From NCBI RefSeq assembly GCF_009914755.1, contig NC_060926.1: DNA of 64,000 bases, one strand, 5' to 3'. The position numbers were made by a program, and so were the translations under genes. Below the pieces are notes generated by a model. The model did not search any database, was not told the DNA's origin, and saw only the letters and a list, made by a program, of their open reading frames with translations. Origin of the DNA: the human T2T-CHM13v2.0 reference genome, Homo sapiens. Shown piece after piece: positions 1-14,690 of the stretch (its first letter is position 1; the number at the start of each line of letters is the position of its first letter).

Positions 1-1341
1 AATTTTGAACCAATATTCAGACCATAACAGGTTCTCCAAAATATTAAGGGAGAAAATAGGACATTAATGTAGGATTTCAGGGTGGATTACTTTTAGGTAG
101 AGATAAGAATCACTATATACAAAAGCATGATGTTTGTGTCAGGAAAGGATAAATAGATTTGCCTGGCTGGAATAAAGGATTCTTGTAGGGCAGTAGAGAA
201 AAATAGGTAGAATGGGAAAAGTAGGTTGGAGCCAGAACATGGGGTCTTCAAGGCCAAATCGAAAGTAAACAATAGGGAATCTTCCCTGGCCCCATTTTTT
301 TTCTTTCTTTTTTTTTTTTTTTGGTGAAGAGAGGAACATGATTTAAAAAAAAAAAAAATTAAGGCATTGTATACAAAAAAGCCATAGTAGAATGAAGGTG
401 TGTAAATCCTATTTTTCAGGTTTCTTATTTTTCTTATGTTCCACTCCTGGATAATGTTGTCACCTCCTTTTGATACTTTGAGACTCGAAACTAATCATCT
501 TCAGCTTCTCATTTTAACTTCTACTCCACGCCAAGTCCTCATAATCTAATTTTCAGGTACTTTGCACAGTATACAGCAACTAGCATAATCATCTCTTAGT
601 AAGTGCATGTTGAATCAATACCTGAGTTGGACAATGGGTTATGTTTCTGATCTCCTTTCCCTCCTTTCCTTCTCTCTACTGCTTACTCTGTTCTGACCCT
701 TCCATTTGGACTTTTGTACTCGTTTCTCTCCTCTCTGAACCATCCTGCATATGGCAACCAATGTGATTGTTCTCCATCATATGTCAATCACATCACTACC
801 TCGTTAATAAAACAAAACCCAAAATACAAAAAGTCAATTGATTCTTACAGGAAGAAAAAGTACAGGATCTATAAGAGGACAAGTTATTCTGGGATATGGT
901 TCCAGCCCATCTTTCTCACCTCACTGCTTAATATACTCCCCTGCCTCTTCTGTGTCCAGTCCAATTAGTGCCTTCCCTAATTACAGTGAAAGTTTTGTCA
1001 CTGATTTTCATGAAAGTTAAGTAAGTTTAAACATATAAATTGCTTACATCTGTCCCCAGCACATAGTGAGTTCTCAATAAGTATAAATGGTTGTTATTAT
1101 TAAGTCTGAGTATTTTCCTGCCTGGTTTCCTAAGTACTCTCATCTCTGCCAACTATTTACCAACTTAACTCTTTCTGATAAAATCCTACTTCTTCTTAAG
1201 GCCCTATTCCAATACTGCCCTCAAAGGCTAAGAAAACTTTCCTAATTGCCTAGTCCGAATCTCTCTTTATTCCACCTACCCATAGCTGTATATAGCTCAT
1301 GTAACACTTAAAGCAGTCTACTAAACAGTGGCAGGATAAAC

Positions 1342-1344
<3 letters not shown>

Positions 1345-1393
<49 letters not shown>

Positions 1394-1395
1394 AC
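1345..1395. repeat. (CA)n microsatellite
   Basis: Direct run of CA dinucleotides with one interruption. Confidence 0.95.
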
Positions 1396-2359
1396 TTTCT
1401 ATGGAGCAAAGATCATGAAGTATCTATATAAAGCAGATGTCACTGGTTCAAACAGCCATAAAGACCATTCTCAGAGCGTGGGTTCATCCCTACAATGTGA
1501 GCAGAAAGGAGCAAGAAGAGAATTAGAAAAATAATAGCAGAAATATTATTTCATAAGAAATAAGGCTGAAGTTATCTTAAGGGTAAGGAAAAGCTTTGCT
1601 CACTTGCAACTAACCTGTATTATCCTCAGAAAGAAACAAATACTCAACTGTGGTGAGGTTATGCGTGCTCTTCTGTAATTCATTAGGAAATCAGATGAAT
1701 CCCGATTTTCCACCACACTGATGCAAACATTGAGCTGCCTTCTTCCTTCACCCCACCAGGAGATCTCAGCTCATCCACCAGCCTTTTGGAATTAGCAAAA
1801 CCGAGGTAGAGCCAACTAGCTTTTGCCCCAAATCTGAAGTGTAGAGTTTTATAAACCAAAAGAAATAATTTCCCTCATGTTGGAAAATGGGAGGGAGGTG
1901 AGGGGGAGAGAGAGGTGGGACACAGAACTACAAGATGAAGGATGCGAAGAAGGAAAAGTCAGAAATAAGATGAATTCAGAACCCTTTAAGCTGCATGGCC
2001 CTCCTCAGTGTGGTACAAGGGACAAGTCAATCAGATGAAATAAAAATTCCCAGCCCTGATCTGCATTGCTCCACAGTGTCCACTCAATCTTTAAGCAAAA
2101 CAAGTTTATGAATCTTCCTTTAGTTCACTTTGTGTCCGGTCTGAGGAGGGACATACTCAGTCTCTGACCAATATACAGAGTGCCTGCAAAGTAGGGTTAA
2201 GCAGCCCCATGGTCTACCTTGCTGTGAATTTCAAAGTGCATCCATGTGCTGCAGAGAAAGAACCACAAACAAGAGGCCTTCTGGGCTTCCTGCTCTGGGG
2301 AGCTTTCCCTGGCAGCAGTGGGGATAAAAGATCTTTACAGCTGAAAAGTCTTTCTTATA

Positions 2360-2597
2360 TTTTTTTTTCTTTTTTTTTTTTGAGAGAAGGCCTTGTTCTG
2401 TTGCCCAGGCTGGAGTGCAATGGCGTGATCATGGCTTTCTGCAGCCTTGACCTCCCAGACTCGAGCCATCCCCCCACCTCAGCCTCCCTAGTTGTTAAGA
2501 CTACAGGTGTGCACCACCATGCCCAGCTAGTTTGCTTTATATTTTTTGTAGAGACAGGGCTTTGCCATGTTGCCCAGGCTGGTCTCTAGCTCCTGGG
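2360..2597 (-). mobile_element. AluJ-type SINE, 5'-truncated
   Basis: poly-T followed by ttgcccaggctggagtgcaatggcgtgatc...gttgcccaggctggtctc; J-type diagnostic wording. Confidence 0.9.
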
Positions 2598-3649
2598 AAA
2601 TATTATCTTTTTAATCTTTGATGTTCCACACCCATGCATATCATGGGTCTCAGGACCTTCCCCAGTAAATGTTAATTTTCATTGAACTGATTTTGGGGAG
2701 GTCCCCAGGAGATAAAAAGTAGGGTTAAGGGTGGGCTTTGTAGCGGGGAGGGAGCTTGTTAAACACAGACCCTAGAGACATGTCCATATACTATGAGATT
2801 GCACCAAGTCAATATTATGAATCAGACTTTGCTTGTAAAAGCACAGCTTTGGAACTTGCAGTGTGGCTATTTCCGCTTTTCATTTCATCTTCTAACTCCA
2901 GAAGGAAAAGGAACTGTCTATGTGGGTTTCCTGCTAGATGTATTACAATACCACATTCCTTTGGAATTGGCTCACATTCTTGACCTAGTGGGAAATGGGA
3001 AATTCACCTAGTGAAGCAGAAACTAACATCTCCTAAAACTATCATCAAGGAGCCCTAAGTCCCCTTAGAATTCACTTCCAGAGTTTCCTCCATGTACTGG
3101 CCAAGGGCGTGCTTGACAAGAAACCAGACATGGGAAGTTCTCTGAGGTCCTGCTTTGTTTCTGTCAGATTACAAATTCCTAGAAGACAAGATCCATGTTT
3201 CTGCCTAAGTCTGTGTGCTTAGTAAATGCTTGATCACTTAGTTGGTGCTGTTAAGATTTTCTCAGACATTTGTCAAGCAAATACAGCCTTTCATGCAGTC
3301 AGGTACTTGTTTATGTGATCTGACTTCAAAGGCCAGAAGGGGGAAAAAAACTATTGTTCAATAATTCTCAGTTGATGAGTGAGAAACTCCTCAGCCCCCT
3401 ACCTTCCTCTCCATGCAGCGATAAGACTTAAAATACAAACAATAGTCACTCTTTTCTTGTCTGTTAAATGTAAAATGTTTGCCTTGGAAGGTTGAGACTT
3501 CCCTAAATCACATAGAAAATAATTCTATTCAATTTGGATAATAAACATTTATTTATCCCCTTCTATTTGCAAGGCATGTACAGGTTTTTAGGGTGAGAGG
3601 GCCACCTACAAGTCTGGAGCTCATAGCCTAGAAAGCCTGAGGCTTGGTG

Positions 3650-3800
3650 GTGTGTATCCTGACTCAGCTGCTTCCTAGCTGTGTGACTTTAGGCAAATTA
3701 GTGAACTTCCCTGAGCCTGTCTGCCTGACATGTAATATGAGAATAATAATAATTCCCACTCACAGGACTGCTGTGAGGATTGATTAGATAACATCTGGAC
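3650..3800 (+). mobile_element. MIR SINE fragment
   Basis: ctagctgtgtgactttaggcaaatt...aataataat...ctcacagga...gtgaggatt matches the MIR core. Confidence 0.75.
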
Positions 3801-4687
3801 TTTACACAGACCTTTACCCACGGTCAGGACTTGATGATTGATACTATTATTACTGTTTTTATTGTTCTGGTATCTGCATTTGTTCTCCTTACTGTAATGA
3901 CTGTTGAAAAAGCTTTCCTGAGATATTAGCAGCGATTAATCCCCTGGGTCAAACTGCATTTGCAGAGTAGCTGCTCAGTCATCTGTCTGGGCTCCAAAGA
4001 CAAAAGACAGAAATTTTTGGCACTAGGGTCTAAACCTGGGAGGAAGCACACCATGCTGAACAGTGCTGGTGAAGGGTCACAGCCACTGGATATTAGGAAG
4101 GCTCTGGGTGTTGGGGTAAAGAAAGTACTAGAAGTAATTTTTCACTCAGAAAGTACTAGAAGTCACTGAGGAGAGATCTATCGATGCTGCCCCTTCACTT
4201 AAGTACAGCAAGAATCACTCTGGAACAAGGATTGTCAAATATAAGCACTTCCCCTACTCCTCTACTGAGTTCTGGTGGTTTGAGAGAAGCACAAATAGTT
4301 GCTTTGTGTCGTTTCTGCCACTGCCTCCTTCCTTTTTCTTACTTACAGGGAATTCTGTAGGAGTGCAATTTGAGGTCAAAATACATAAGCATTTAAGACA
4401 TTGCTTTGCTTCAAATCCTTGAATAAATATTAACTTATTCATCATCTCATTACCTCTGAGAGTTGGGAAAGCAGAGCCCAAATAGAGGTTAGAATGTTAT
4501 AATCCCATCTATAAATTACAGTGCTTGTCATATTTACTAAATGAAAGCTTTAAGGTTTTAAGAAGCTTTTCTAAATGTGATCTCTCCATCCCTATCATAG
4601 GATTTGCTCAAAATGGATTTGCAAAGAGAAAAAAAATTTAATGTCACACTGCCATGATAAGTCAACCAACCATCTCATGTATCAAAG

Positions 4688-4764
4688 GAGAGAGGCAGAG
4701 AAAGAAAAGGAGGAGGATAAAGAAGAGGAGGAGGAGGACGAAAGGAAAACCAAGAGGAGGAGAA
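4688..4764. repeat. Purine-rich GAG/GAA low-complexity tract
   Basis: gaggaggataaagaagaggaggaggaggacg... Confidence 0.8.
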
Positions 4765-6320
4765 GCCACTTCTTACTTTGGATTAATGTGAAACTAAATA
4801 GTTTACTACATTTTAAGTGGGAAAATGTTAGTTGAAAAGATATTTGTCAACCACAAACATTTGAAAGGGAAGCATTCCAAAGATTTTCACTGTTTATGTT
4901 CAAATTACAACATGTGCAGAAAGTTGTGCAACTGAAAATCCTTTCAAACAACAGCTACAAAAGAGATTGGTCAGTTAGGACAGGAATAGAAAGTGGAAAC
5001 TTAGAAGACTGGCTACTCCTTGTGTATGATTGCTGGGGTGAGTCTGTGCTGAGAACTTTTTACAAAGGGTGTCCTTTGCTGATATGAGAGGGGGGTGTCA
5101 AACTTTTGAGTGATCACTGTGGGTCCTCAGCTTAGACATCTTCTCTGGCCCAAGATGGCACCCCTTGCTCTCTTTCCATGGGACACAGGGACCTTGCCAT
5201 CCTTCCATCTTATAAGCCTTCTGTCATGATTTTTACTTCATCCTAGATAGCCTTAATTTGGGCCAGGTCTCCAGGTTCCTCCACTTTCTTCTGTCCCATC
5301 CATACCCCTCACCAATCCTCTGTAAATTCCTTTCCAGGATTTTACTGAGAACAACAGAGAAACAGGCTGGGAATAACAAACATGGGGAGTTATGTAGTTA
5401 ACATACACTTTGACATCACCTAGTCATTTTCCTGAGTATATAGATAACTCTGTTATTACTGGTTATAAGGTCCATGAGAAGCCTTTATCCTTTTCTGGAA
5501 ACCAAGAAAGCACCTGCCCTCCCTCAGTCCTAAGGGGAGAATCTTTATGGGTGTAACAATAAAATGGATAATGGGAAATTCTGATGTCCTCAAGCATACA
5601 TTCAGATGTCCCCAATAAGCATCATTTGTATATCAAGGGAACTCCAGAGAGATGATCCACAATTCAGTGTGTCCCTTTGGCCAGTAGAGAGGTCACCTTA
5701 GTCTGGAAATAATGATGATAATAATGTTAAATAAACCTAACTAAACAAGTCCTTTTTCTCTATCCTATGTAATATTTTATATCTGACCTCACAGAAAACC
5801 AGCCTTACTGTTTTGTACTCTCTCTGCAGCTGGGTAGGTAAACAGAAATTGAGGCTCCAGGCTGCCTGGTGGTTCACAATGATGGTGCTTTTCAAAGTCC
5901 TTCGGATGGACAGGGAACTGGTTTCCCCACCACCATTTCTGACTGGCACTTCCCCACCTTCCCTGAACAGATGATGCAGTGAACCCTGTGAGGTTTCCAG
6001 CCTTCAGGAAACTGTTCCAAGGCCATCAAGGAATAGGGAGATGCAACTGGAACACTCTATATCCCAAGAAGACAGCCCTCCAAGAGTGACCACATGGTCC
6101 TCTCCCAACATCCTAACTCTCCCCTTTCACTCTTTCCACATCTTCTTTGCCTTTAGAGCTCTGCCTCATTTAGTATTTCTGATTCTATCCCCCTTCCCCT
6201 GGATGCCCAGTTGCTGGTTCCTTTCCCGTATATTTCAAATTCTGGAGGCTCAGGCTGAAAGCCAGTAGCTTTCATGTCTGCTCATAGAGAAGAATGGGAT
6301 TTAGACTCAAAAGAAGAGTG

Positions 6321-6757
<437 letters not shown>

Positions 6758-7039
6758 CTAATGAAGATTATGTCATTAACACCATCTGAAGAATGTGTAT
6801 GCCTCCTATTTACACGACTTTGACCCTGTTTGGGGAAAATGATCATCAAGCCTTCTATTATGCTGAGTCTGAATTGAAGCCCTCCATGACTTGGTGTCTC
6901 CAATAAGTCTTCTCACATTCATGAAAAATGAATGTGCAAGCCCGAACCACATCTCTAATCCAAAGCTTTCTCACTTGACACTAGTTACCTTTTACTAGCC
7001 ACAATTACAAGAATAAGAGCAAGCATGCATTATCTTGCT

Positions 7040-7170
7040 TCAGCCTCACAATAATTCCACAAGGAAGGTATCCCCATTTCTTGAGAAGGACATTGAACTT
7101 AGAGAGGTTATGTCACTTGCTCAAAGTCACACAACTTTGCCAAGGTGGATCTAATTAGAAGCCAGATCCA
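7040..7170 (-). mobile_element. MIR fragment
   Basis: cctcacaataat...ccccattt...agagaggttatgtcacttgctcaaagtcacaca. Confidence 0.65.
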
Positions 7171-7662
7171 TCTGATTGTGTTTTCTCTGGTATGTTCCAT
7201 GGTGCCATTGACAACACCGTGGCACAAGGGCACCACTTGCCCTGTCACACCTGAGACAGGCATTACAAGTTGATCATGACACTTCTCTCTGGAGCTAGTC
7301 TGTGTTTACCTGCAGAATGCTCATCAACAGCCCCTGTGGGTTGATCAGAGTCATTATGTTGGGTTGTTATGTAGTTTGCAATCTCTGTCTCAGGCCATTC
7401 CTCCACCAGATCACTTCAGCATCAGTACCACTACTTATCTCCTAATGGAGACACATCACCCCAGGCAAATCATCACATGTCTCTGAGAGTGGCTTTCCTG
7501 GTCAAAAATCTATCATGATAGCTAAGAGGAACATTTGTCTGCGTCTTAGAAAAAGCCTTAGCTACCTCCTCAAAGATTTGGCAATAGGAGGTTTCTACTG
7601 AAGATAAAAAAAAATGAAACTTGTAGCAGCTCAACTGTCCTTGGTCACTACTTTTAGCTCTA

Positions 7663-7705
7663 AACACACACACACACACATACACACACACACACACTCA
7701 CACAC
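7663..7705. repeat. (CA)n imperfect microsatellite
   Basis: Seen directly. Confidence 0.9.
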
Positions 7706-9547
7706 TCCATTGCTCCTGCTTCTGCTCACACCTTGCACATGAATTCAGAGGGCAGGTGAATCACATCACTCTTACTAAAATCCACTCCATGCCCAGAGTG
7801 TCATTACACTTTAAGAGACCTCAGTGAAGGCAGTAAATGTCAACCCCATTAGTCTTTCCTTGCAGAAAGAATGACTGAGGCCCAGACAGGCAGGGGAGTT
7901 CCATATCACCACTCTCAGCTACTGATAGAGGCCATAGCAAAATGTAAGGCTCCCAGCACAGGGCCTTCTTCTTCTTCCATAAAATGCACCACCATGGACA
8001 GTCAAAAGAAGTAATTTAACTTCCACTTTTTTCAAAAAACATGAAAACTCAACACTCCCATCACTGATGCAGGGAACTACGTAAAAACTTTGTCCTCTTC
8101 TGAATTGAAAGATATCATAGTAAAACTAATGCCCAATGTCCAAGATGTTGCTCCTTGATATTTAAAGTTCATGGGTCATTCTAGCAAAATTGATGCCATA
8201 TAGTCTTGATTTGTATATTTTAAAATTTTATCACTGTGTTGCTTTCTCAACAATTACTTGATATTCAAGTTTTTTTTTCATTTTGCTTAAATAAGTAGAT
8301 GAAGTCTTTCCCCCTTAAAAATAGGAAGGCAAGCGAGGCCAGGACTAGGTGTCCTTGGACACCAAATGCTGGAATGGCATCACACATAGATGGCAAATAG
8401 GGTTTTAGTATGGCCAAGTTGACTATTTCCACTTGTGTTCCAGCTGCCATGCCACACCACCTCACCTCTGCCCATCCGCCCCCAGATCTTCGGTGGTGGT
8501 GAGCGGGAAGAAGGCTGATCTCATGTGTCTACCAGAGATGTTACTCATAAACGCCCTCATAATTCCCAGATGCTCTCATACTTTCTATGGGATAATACAC
8601 TATGTCTCTTTTGAGCCAACACCCTAATTCTGCAAATGATATTCACTGGTGCCTTGAGCAGGAGGCAAAGGGGCCCACAAAATTCTCTCATAAGACCAAG
8701 ACATTAGGTCCAGGAGGAGCAAACCTGCCTTCCAGCCAAACACTCAGACCACCTCACACTCAGTAGAGTCTGAGAAATCATCTTGAGGAGCTCAGGTAGA
8801 AGACGCTTCCCTTGTTAAAAAATAAAGCACACAGAAAAACCTTCAAAACTCTTGTTAATATGATGTGGATCAAGATCTATAGCAGATGAATAAGGAAAGA
8901 ACTGGCCTAGTGCTGCCAAATTCTTTCTAAAACTGGGATTCTTTTCAGTTCTGGGGCAGATAGAGTTGCATTGGAAGAGAATTTGACCTATTGAAAAATA
9001 ACAGTTTTATGATGCTTTCCTATAAGTCTAGACTAGCAAGTGGGCCAGTTCTAAAAATGTCCTTGTATTTATGCCTTAAGAGATATTCATCTACATCGTA
9101 GGGTTTTTGGAACAAAGAGAACGGTTTCCTTTTTCTATAAAGTTTGGCGTCATTATTATTTTGAAAGATAACCATGCTCACCCATTGCCAAATGACGGCT
9201 GAGTTATGCTCTCTCTATATTTTTTAAAGAATTCGCTTTTGAAAAGAAGGTGGAGGTGGCTGGGGAGGAGAGGGTAATCCACGTCCTGTCACTCACTCCC
9301 TTCCAGGCTGTGAGAAAGTTGTGGGCCTGGGAACTTACAGTTTGTTTTCTATAATTCCATCTGGTTTGAGACCAAAAAGGACATATTTGTGGAGAACAGA
9401 CCACAGTCTGAGAGGGAAAAGGGCTGAGGGGGTAGAGGTATAAAAATCAGATAGCTCAGCACTTCGCTCCAAAGGAGCTGAAGGAGAGAGGATTCCACTG
9501 CGTGTATGTTTTCTCTTTCACGTCTCACTTTTGTTCTCTGCCATCAG

Positions 9548-9633
9548 GAAATGCAGTAGACATTTGTCACCAGCAGCTCTTTGGAGACTTCAATGTTCCT
9601 TCCTCCCAGGATCCGAAAGGGGACTTCAGACAC
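9548..9633 (+). ncRNA. Candidate 86-nt internal exon (probably lncRNA)
   Basis: Long pyrimidine tract ttttctctttcacgtctcacttttgttctctgccatcag| then CAC|gtaaga donor; no recognisable protein in any frame. Confidence 0.35.
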
Positions 9634-11524
9634 GTAAGAGTCATATTTTGCAAACCAGCAGAATTTTTGTGCAGTGTTTATCAGACAAGTGAGAGGCTGT
9701 GAAGGCAGACTTTGGGAAATAGTTTTAACAGTTCATAAATCAGATGTAATTGAAAAGGAGAGGATCTCCTTTTTGAGAGCCATGAAAACCTTTCTTTTGT
9801 AATCTCCTTACTGGGGCAGAATTGTAATGTGTACAAGGGCCGGGGGTCTAATGAAGTCAGGTTGCCTTGGGTCACTCAAGGTAATTTGTTTTTTTTCTGG
9901 CCAAATCATGAAACAGAACTGCATTCTGCTCCCTGTTACATTTATATGATAGCATCTCTTTTGATATTGTCAAGTGTGTTATGCCAGGTTGCATAGCATT
10001 ACCGATAACAAAATTCTTTGGAAAATTGTTTTTTTTTTTTTTTTTTTCACACACCAAATAGCAGCAGCTGAAATCAGTTGGAGTTCTTGGCTGGCCAGGA
10101 AGTAAAAAGTGCTTTTCATATAAAATTCCTAAGAAACCCTAGAAACATGATGCAAAGCATTTGTACCCCTTTTACTTTCAAACTAGTAGAATTTATGTGA
10201 CTTTTGAAAATTATATTTGTTATACTGATAAAAATGCAGTTTCATATGAAGAGTAGGAGACCCTAAAGGGACTTGCCTAAGATTTTCATTTGAATTTAGT
10301 ACATTATGAGTTGTCATAGTATAAGAGGATTGGAGGTTTGGAGGATTGATAGTGTTCTTAACTTCAGGGAGAATCTAAGACACCAGGAGCTCAGAAGAAT
10401 GGAGTCTCAAGACATCAGGCAAATACCGAAGAGATCAGAGCCAAGTTCTAAAGGGCAGCCATTTCCCAAATGTCAACCAAGAGCGAAGCCAAGAGAATTA
10501 TGATTTCCTGGCTATACAATGACAGGAAAAGCTTGATCAAAGCTGGAGTGCAAGTTAAAAAGTGTAAGGTACTCAAGTGCTAGGGTCTGTGTCCAAGCCC
10601 AATCAATTGATCATTAGTTGTTTTTAACTTCAACGTTTCTTTTGCAACAGCACCTCTTCCTTAAAGTAGCAATCTTAGCAGACTGCCACCTTACATGATG
10701 CATCTTATTCTCCAAGGACAATGAAGACTGAACTATCGCACATTACCTAAGAAAGATGGGAATTGACATGCACATCACAATTGTATACACAACAGAAATT
10801 ATTGAATCATGAGATATACATTCCGGTGTGTGACAGATTGGCACATGACATAATCTGGGTTCTTTATAGACTCAGTTGTTTTGGGGCGATCTAGATTATC
10901 AAGAGAAGAGCCTTCATGCTTAGCTTTATCTTGTACCAACCACCAGGGCCCTTGCTTCTGAGCAGGAAGCAGCTGGGGAATAGGCTCTTTCTCTTAATGA
11001 CTTCCAACATAGTTCTCTCAAACCTTACTCCTCCAGAAGGCCACCCTCACCTGGCTATGGCTACTTCAGAAAAAACTTGGCCTCTGGTATAATAGAGCAG
11101 AATCATCACCTCACATTCTATTTCAAGCCAAAGTCAATATCTCAAAGGCTGGTTCTGTGATTTATTTGGCTCTTGGGAGCTCCTACTGAAAGTGCTGAAA
11201 TGTCGTACTGACACTTCAGACTTATAGCTACCTAGACTCCAAGTAAGATTTATCTCTGACTGGAGGGTTTCTCCTATTAAAAACCAAAGAGTGTAGGGTG
11301 CCTTCACCTGCTAGGTAATCTTCTATGCCCTAATGGGAAGAATGGGAGCAGCAGACAAGTAAGTGCAGGAAGGAGAACCAAAGCTGTGTCCATGCCCTTG
11401 AGGAAAGAGAAATTGGACCAGACAAGTTCAGTGGAAACTTTCTAATGGATCCATCAACTTCATCTTGTCTAAGCAGAGTCATAGCTAGAAGTGTGACTGA
11501 AATAGGAGAACCACGTCCAGGGGT

Positions 11525-11960
11525 TCAGGGGGGATTCCTCTGAAATCGCAGCTGGAAGCATTTCGTAATAGTTCTGGTACTGCACCCATAGATACTGTCA
11601 CCTCTACTCTTTCTTCCAATCACCATTAGCAGATGCCACAGGATTCCTACTTCTGAAAGTTTTTGGGCCCCGCAGGTGGAAGACCGGAGAAGCCAATAAA
11701 GTTTAAGGCTACATTTTATTCCATCCACAAATTTGGTGAAGGAGGAAATGTTTACAATTCTGCCATGCCATGAATAGGAGTTTTCCACCGGGTGTACACT
11801 GCTGTTAACAAGGTGTAAATACTTGTCCAGTAAAGAGACCGTACGGTACTGCTGATGGACGTCCCAACACAATGCCAGATGCAAAAACTTCTTTGGTGAT
11901 TGCTTTTGATAACACTGAGTGGCTAAAGGTCTTCTTTCACATCTTTGCCCACCTCAAATC
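11525..11960 (-). ncRNA. Candidate terminal or internal exon of a minus-strand transcript (3' end undefined)
   Basis: Acceptor ccttgccttcag|GATTTGAGG at 11960; non-repetitive, relatively CpG-rich sequence; AATAAA on minus strand near 11715-11720. Confidence 0.3.
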
Positions 11961-12407
11961 CTGAAGGCAAGGTCTCTGGAATTTGAGGCTGTGCCCTCAC
12001 ATGCCTCCAAGGCACCAACAAAGCAAAATGAAGAGTCTGCACTGCTTATCAGTTGACCCAACACTCAGTCCACATTGGAGGGGAAGGGGTGGTGGGCTGA
12101 GGATGTCTTCTTCCTGTCCAGGATGCAATATGGTCAAGGATGAAAGGAAAGAGATGCTGGGAGCAAGTCTGCATTGAAGATGTATTTCTGTTGCTTTACT
12201 ACCAACCCTGGTTATAAATGATGAAACTATAATGGGTCTGTAATAGCTACTTTCCCATATAGCTCTTGTCTGTACATACATAAAATTAAAAATAATAGAA
12301 TACTTCCATTACTAACATGTGGTGACAAGCATTCTTCATTTACCATTTTTATTCCAAAAACATGATTTAACATTTTAAAAACCAAGATCTGTTCGGTAAA
12401 TCAGATA

Positions 12408-12433
12408 ATAGGGTAAACTATAGTTTACCCTAT
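12408..12433. repeat. Perfect 26-bp palindrome
   Basis: atagggtaaacta|tagtttaccctat. Confidence 0.95.
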
Positions 12434-12562
12434 CTTACAGCCAGTTAGATAAATGATTATTGTGAAAAGAAAATTGTTAGCATTGTAAATAATGCTTCTT
12501 ATATGAATACTAAACAGTCTATTGGAAAACACCATGGTTGTTGGTTTAGAATCAGCTTCTTT

Positions 12563-13035
<473 letters not shown>

Positions 13036-13602
13036 TCAATGATAGATTGGATAAAGAAAATGTGGCACATACAGACCATGGAATACTATGCAGCCATAAA
13101 AAAGAATGAGTTCATGTCCTTTGCAGGGACATGGATGAAGCCAGAAGCTATCATTCTTAGCAAACTAACACAGGAACAGAAAAGCAAACACCGCATGTTC
13201 TCACTCATAAGTGGGAGTTGAACAATGAGAACACATGGAAACATGGAGAGGAACATCACACAATGGGGCCTGTCAGGGAGTCGGGGGAGGGAGAGCATCA
13301 GGGCAAATATCTAATGCATGCAGGGCTTAAAACCTAGATGACGGGTTGATAGGTGCAGCGAATGACATGGCACATGTGTACCTATGTAACAAACCTGCAT
13401 GTTCCGCACATGTATCCCAGAACTTAAAGTAAAATAAAAATGTTTTAAAATAAAAATTAATAATAGAATCAGCTTTTTCAAATCCATAATATTTGGATTT
13501 TATTTTTGCCTGAAACTTTCTTAGTCAATAATAATTCAGTTTTTACCATGCTTTAAAAGGGACTCCATTACAAACTCTCTTAGAGTCTTCCTTATGCCTT
13601 AC

Positions 13603-13814
13603 ATGGCATAGTGAGTCAGTGATTTTTTTTTTCTTCCATGGCGTTAGAGAAGAGGCTAAGGGAAAGTATCTGTAACTTTTCACGGCAGCATCTTTAACCT
13701 TCTGCTAAATCCTGGGCTGCCAGCTGGCAAGGCCTAGTACTCTTCAGTCCTGCAAAGAATCACGTATGTGTCACTGAAGGTAGACTTAAGTTCTTCTGTT
13801 TTAACCTGAATCAT
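13603..13814 (-). ncRNA. Candidate 212-nt internal exon of a minus-strand transcript
   Basis: Acceptor ctttgctgtttgcttctgcag|ATG and donor CAT|gtaagg on the minus strand. Confidence 0.3.
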
Positions 13815-14059
13815 CTGCAGAAGCAAACAGCAAAGTGCATCACCCCTGTTAAAGCGGCTGGCAGTACGAGCCACAAGGTAAAAATTATGAAGAAGTGTCC
13901 CTCTTTGTCCCTTCACCGAGAACATAGCGTCCAATGCTGTTTCCAAAGCTCCTTAGCCACCTCCACTTCTGTCCCCTTTCAAAGGATCTTCCAAACCACC
14001 CCCAACCCAGGTCTGGATTTAGATCTGCTCTTTCTGTACAGCAGCTCATGTTCCAAACC

Positions 14060-14512
14060 AGTAATTCATAGATATGATTCATTTGATTACAACCTTCACT
14101 ATTTTTACCCATAATACTTCTACTGTTATTTCCTAATATAATACCTTAATATCACTACTATAATTAAAATTCTAATATAACTTTTCATAATTAAAAGGTA
14201 ACCATACAAATAAACTGAATAAAAAATAATGCCATTAAAATTTAAGCGGATACTATTGCCTGCTAAAAGCTCTGAGCCTAAGGCCTGTTTCTGTTTTTTT
14301 TAAAAGGGTGGTTAATATGTGCTACGTTAAAGATGCACTCACATCAAATTGAGACTTCTCTTAATCTATTCAGAAGGACTGAAAGAGAAGGCAAAAGAAA
14401 ATCTCTCATCTTGTGTGATTCCATTTTAGTTAACACCACATTGGTTTTATTAAACCCCACTCAAGATCATCTTAGATTTAGAATCATCTTGTGAGTCCTA
14501 GTTTATGGGAAA
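14060..14512. mobile_element. hAT-Charlie DNA transposon relic (Charlie4a-like)
   Basis: ggatactattgcctgctaaaagctctgagcctaaggcctg...cagaaggactgaaagagaa resembles recalled consensus. Confidence 0.55.
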
Positions 14513-14522
14513 CAAGATAAGC

Positions 14523-14690
14523 CAGCATTTCTCAAAATGTGGGTTTTGGACAGTCTGCAAGAGATAACCTAGCACCAGATTAACATGCAAATCCCCTGGC
14601 TTCTGAGACTTCTGAGATAGGTCTTAGGAAATCTGTATTTTTAACACATTTCTCAGGTATTACTTATACACACAAATATTTGAAAACCAT
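14523..14690. mobile_element. MER5-type hAT relic
   Basis: cagcatttctcaaaatgtgg...aatctgtatttttaac...tttgaaaacca. Confidence 0.55.

Noticed and set aside
2209-2589. 126-aa ORF and similar ORFs at 6440, 15338, 44275, 54569 and 61725
   Set aside because: They translate Alu sequence (LECNG/SASRVAG/VGQAGL motifs); there is no evidence of real genes.
4641-4835. Acidic/basic ORF (EEDKEEEEEDERK), and the GREG-rich ORF at 17487-17720
   Set aside because: Artefacts of purine-rich low-complexity DNA.
10029-10047. Isolated poly-T tract as a possible retrogene tail
   Set aside because: No adjacent polyadenylation signal, TSD or recognisable mRNA body.
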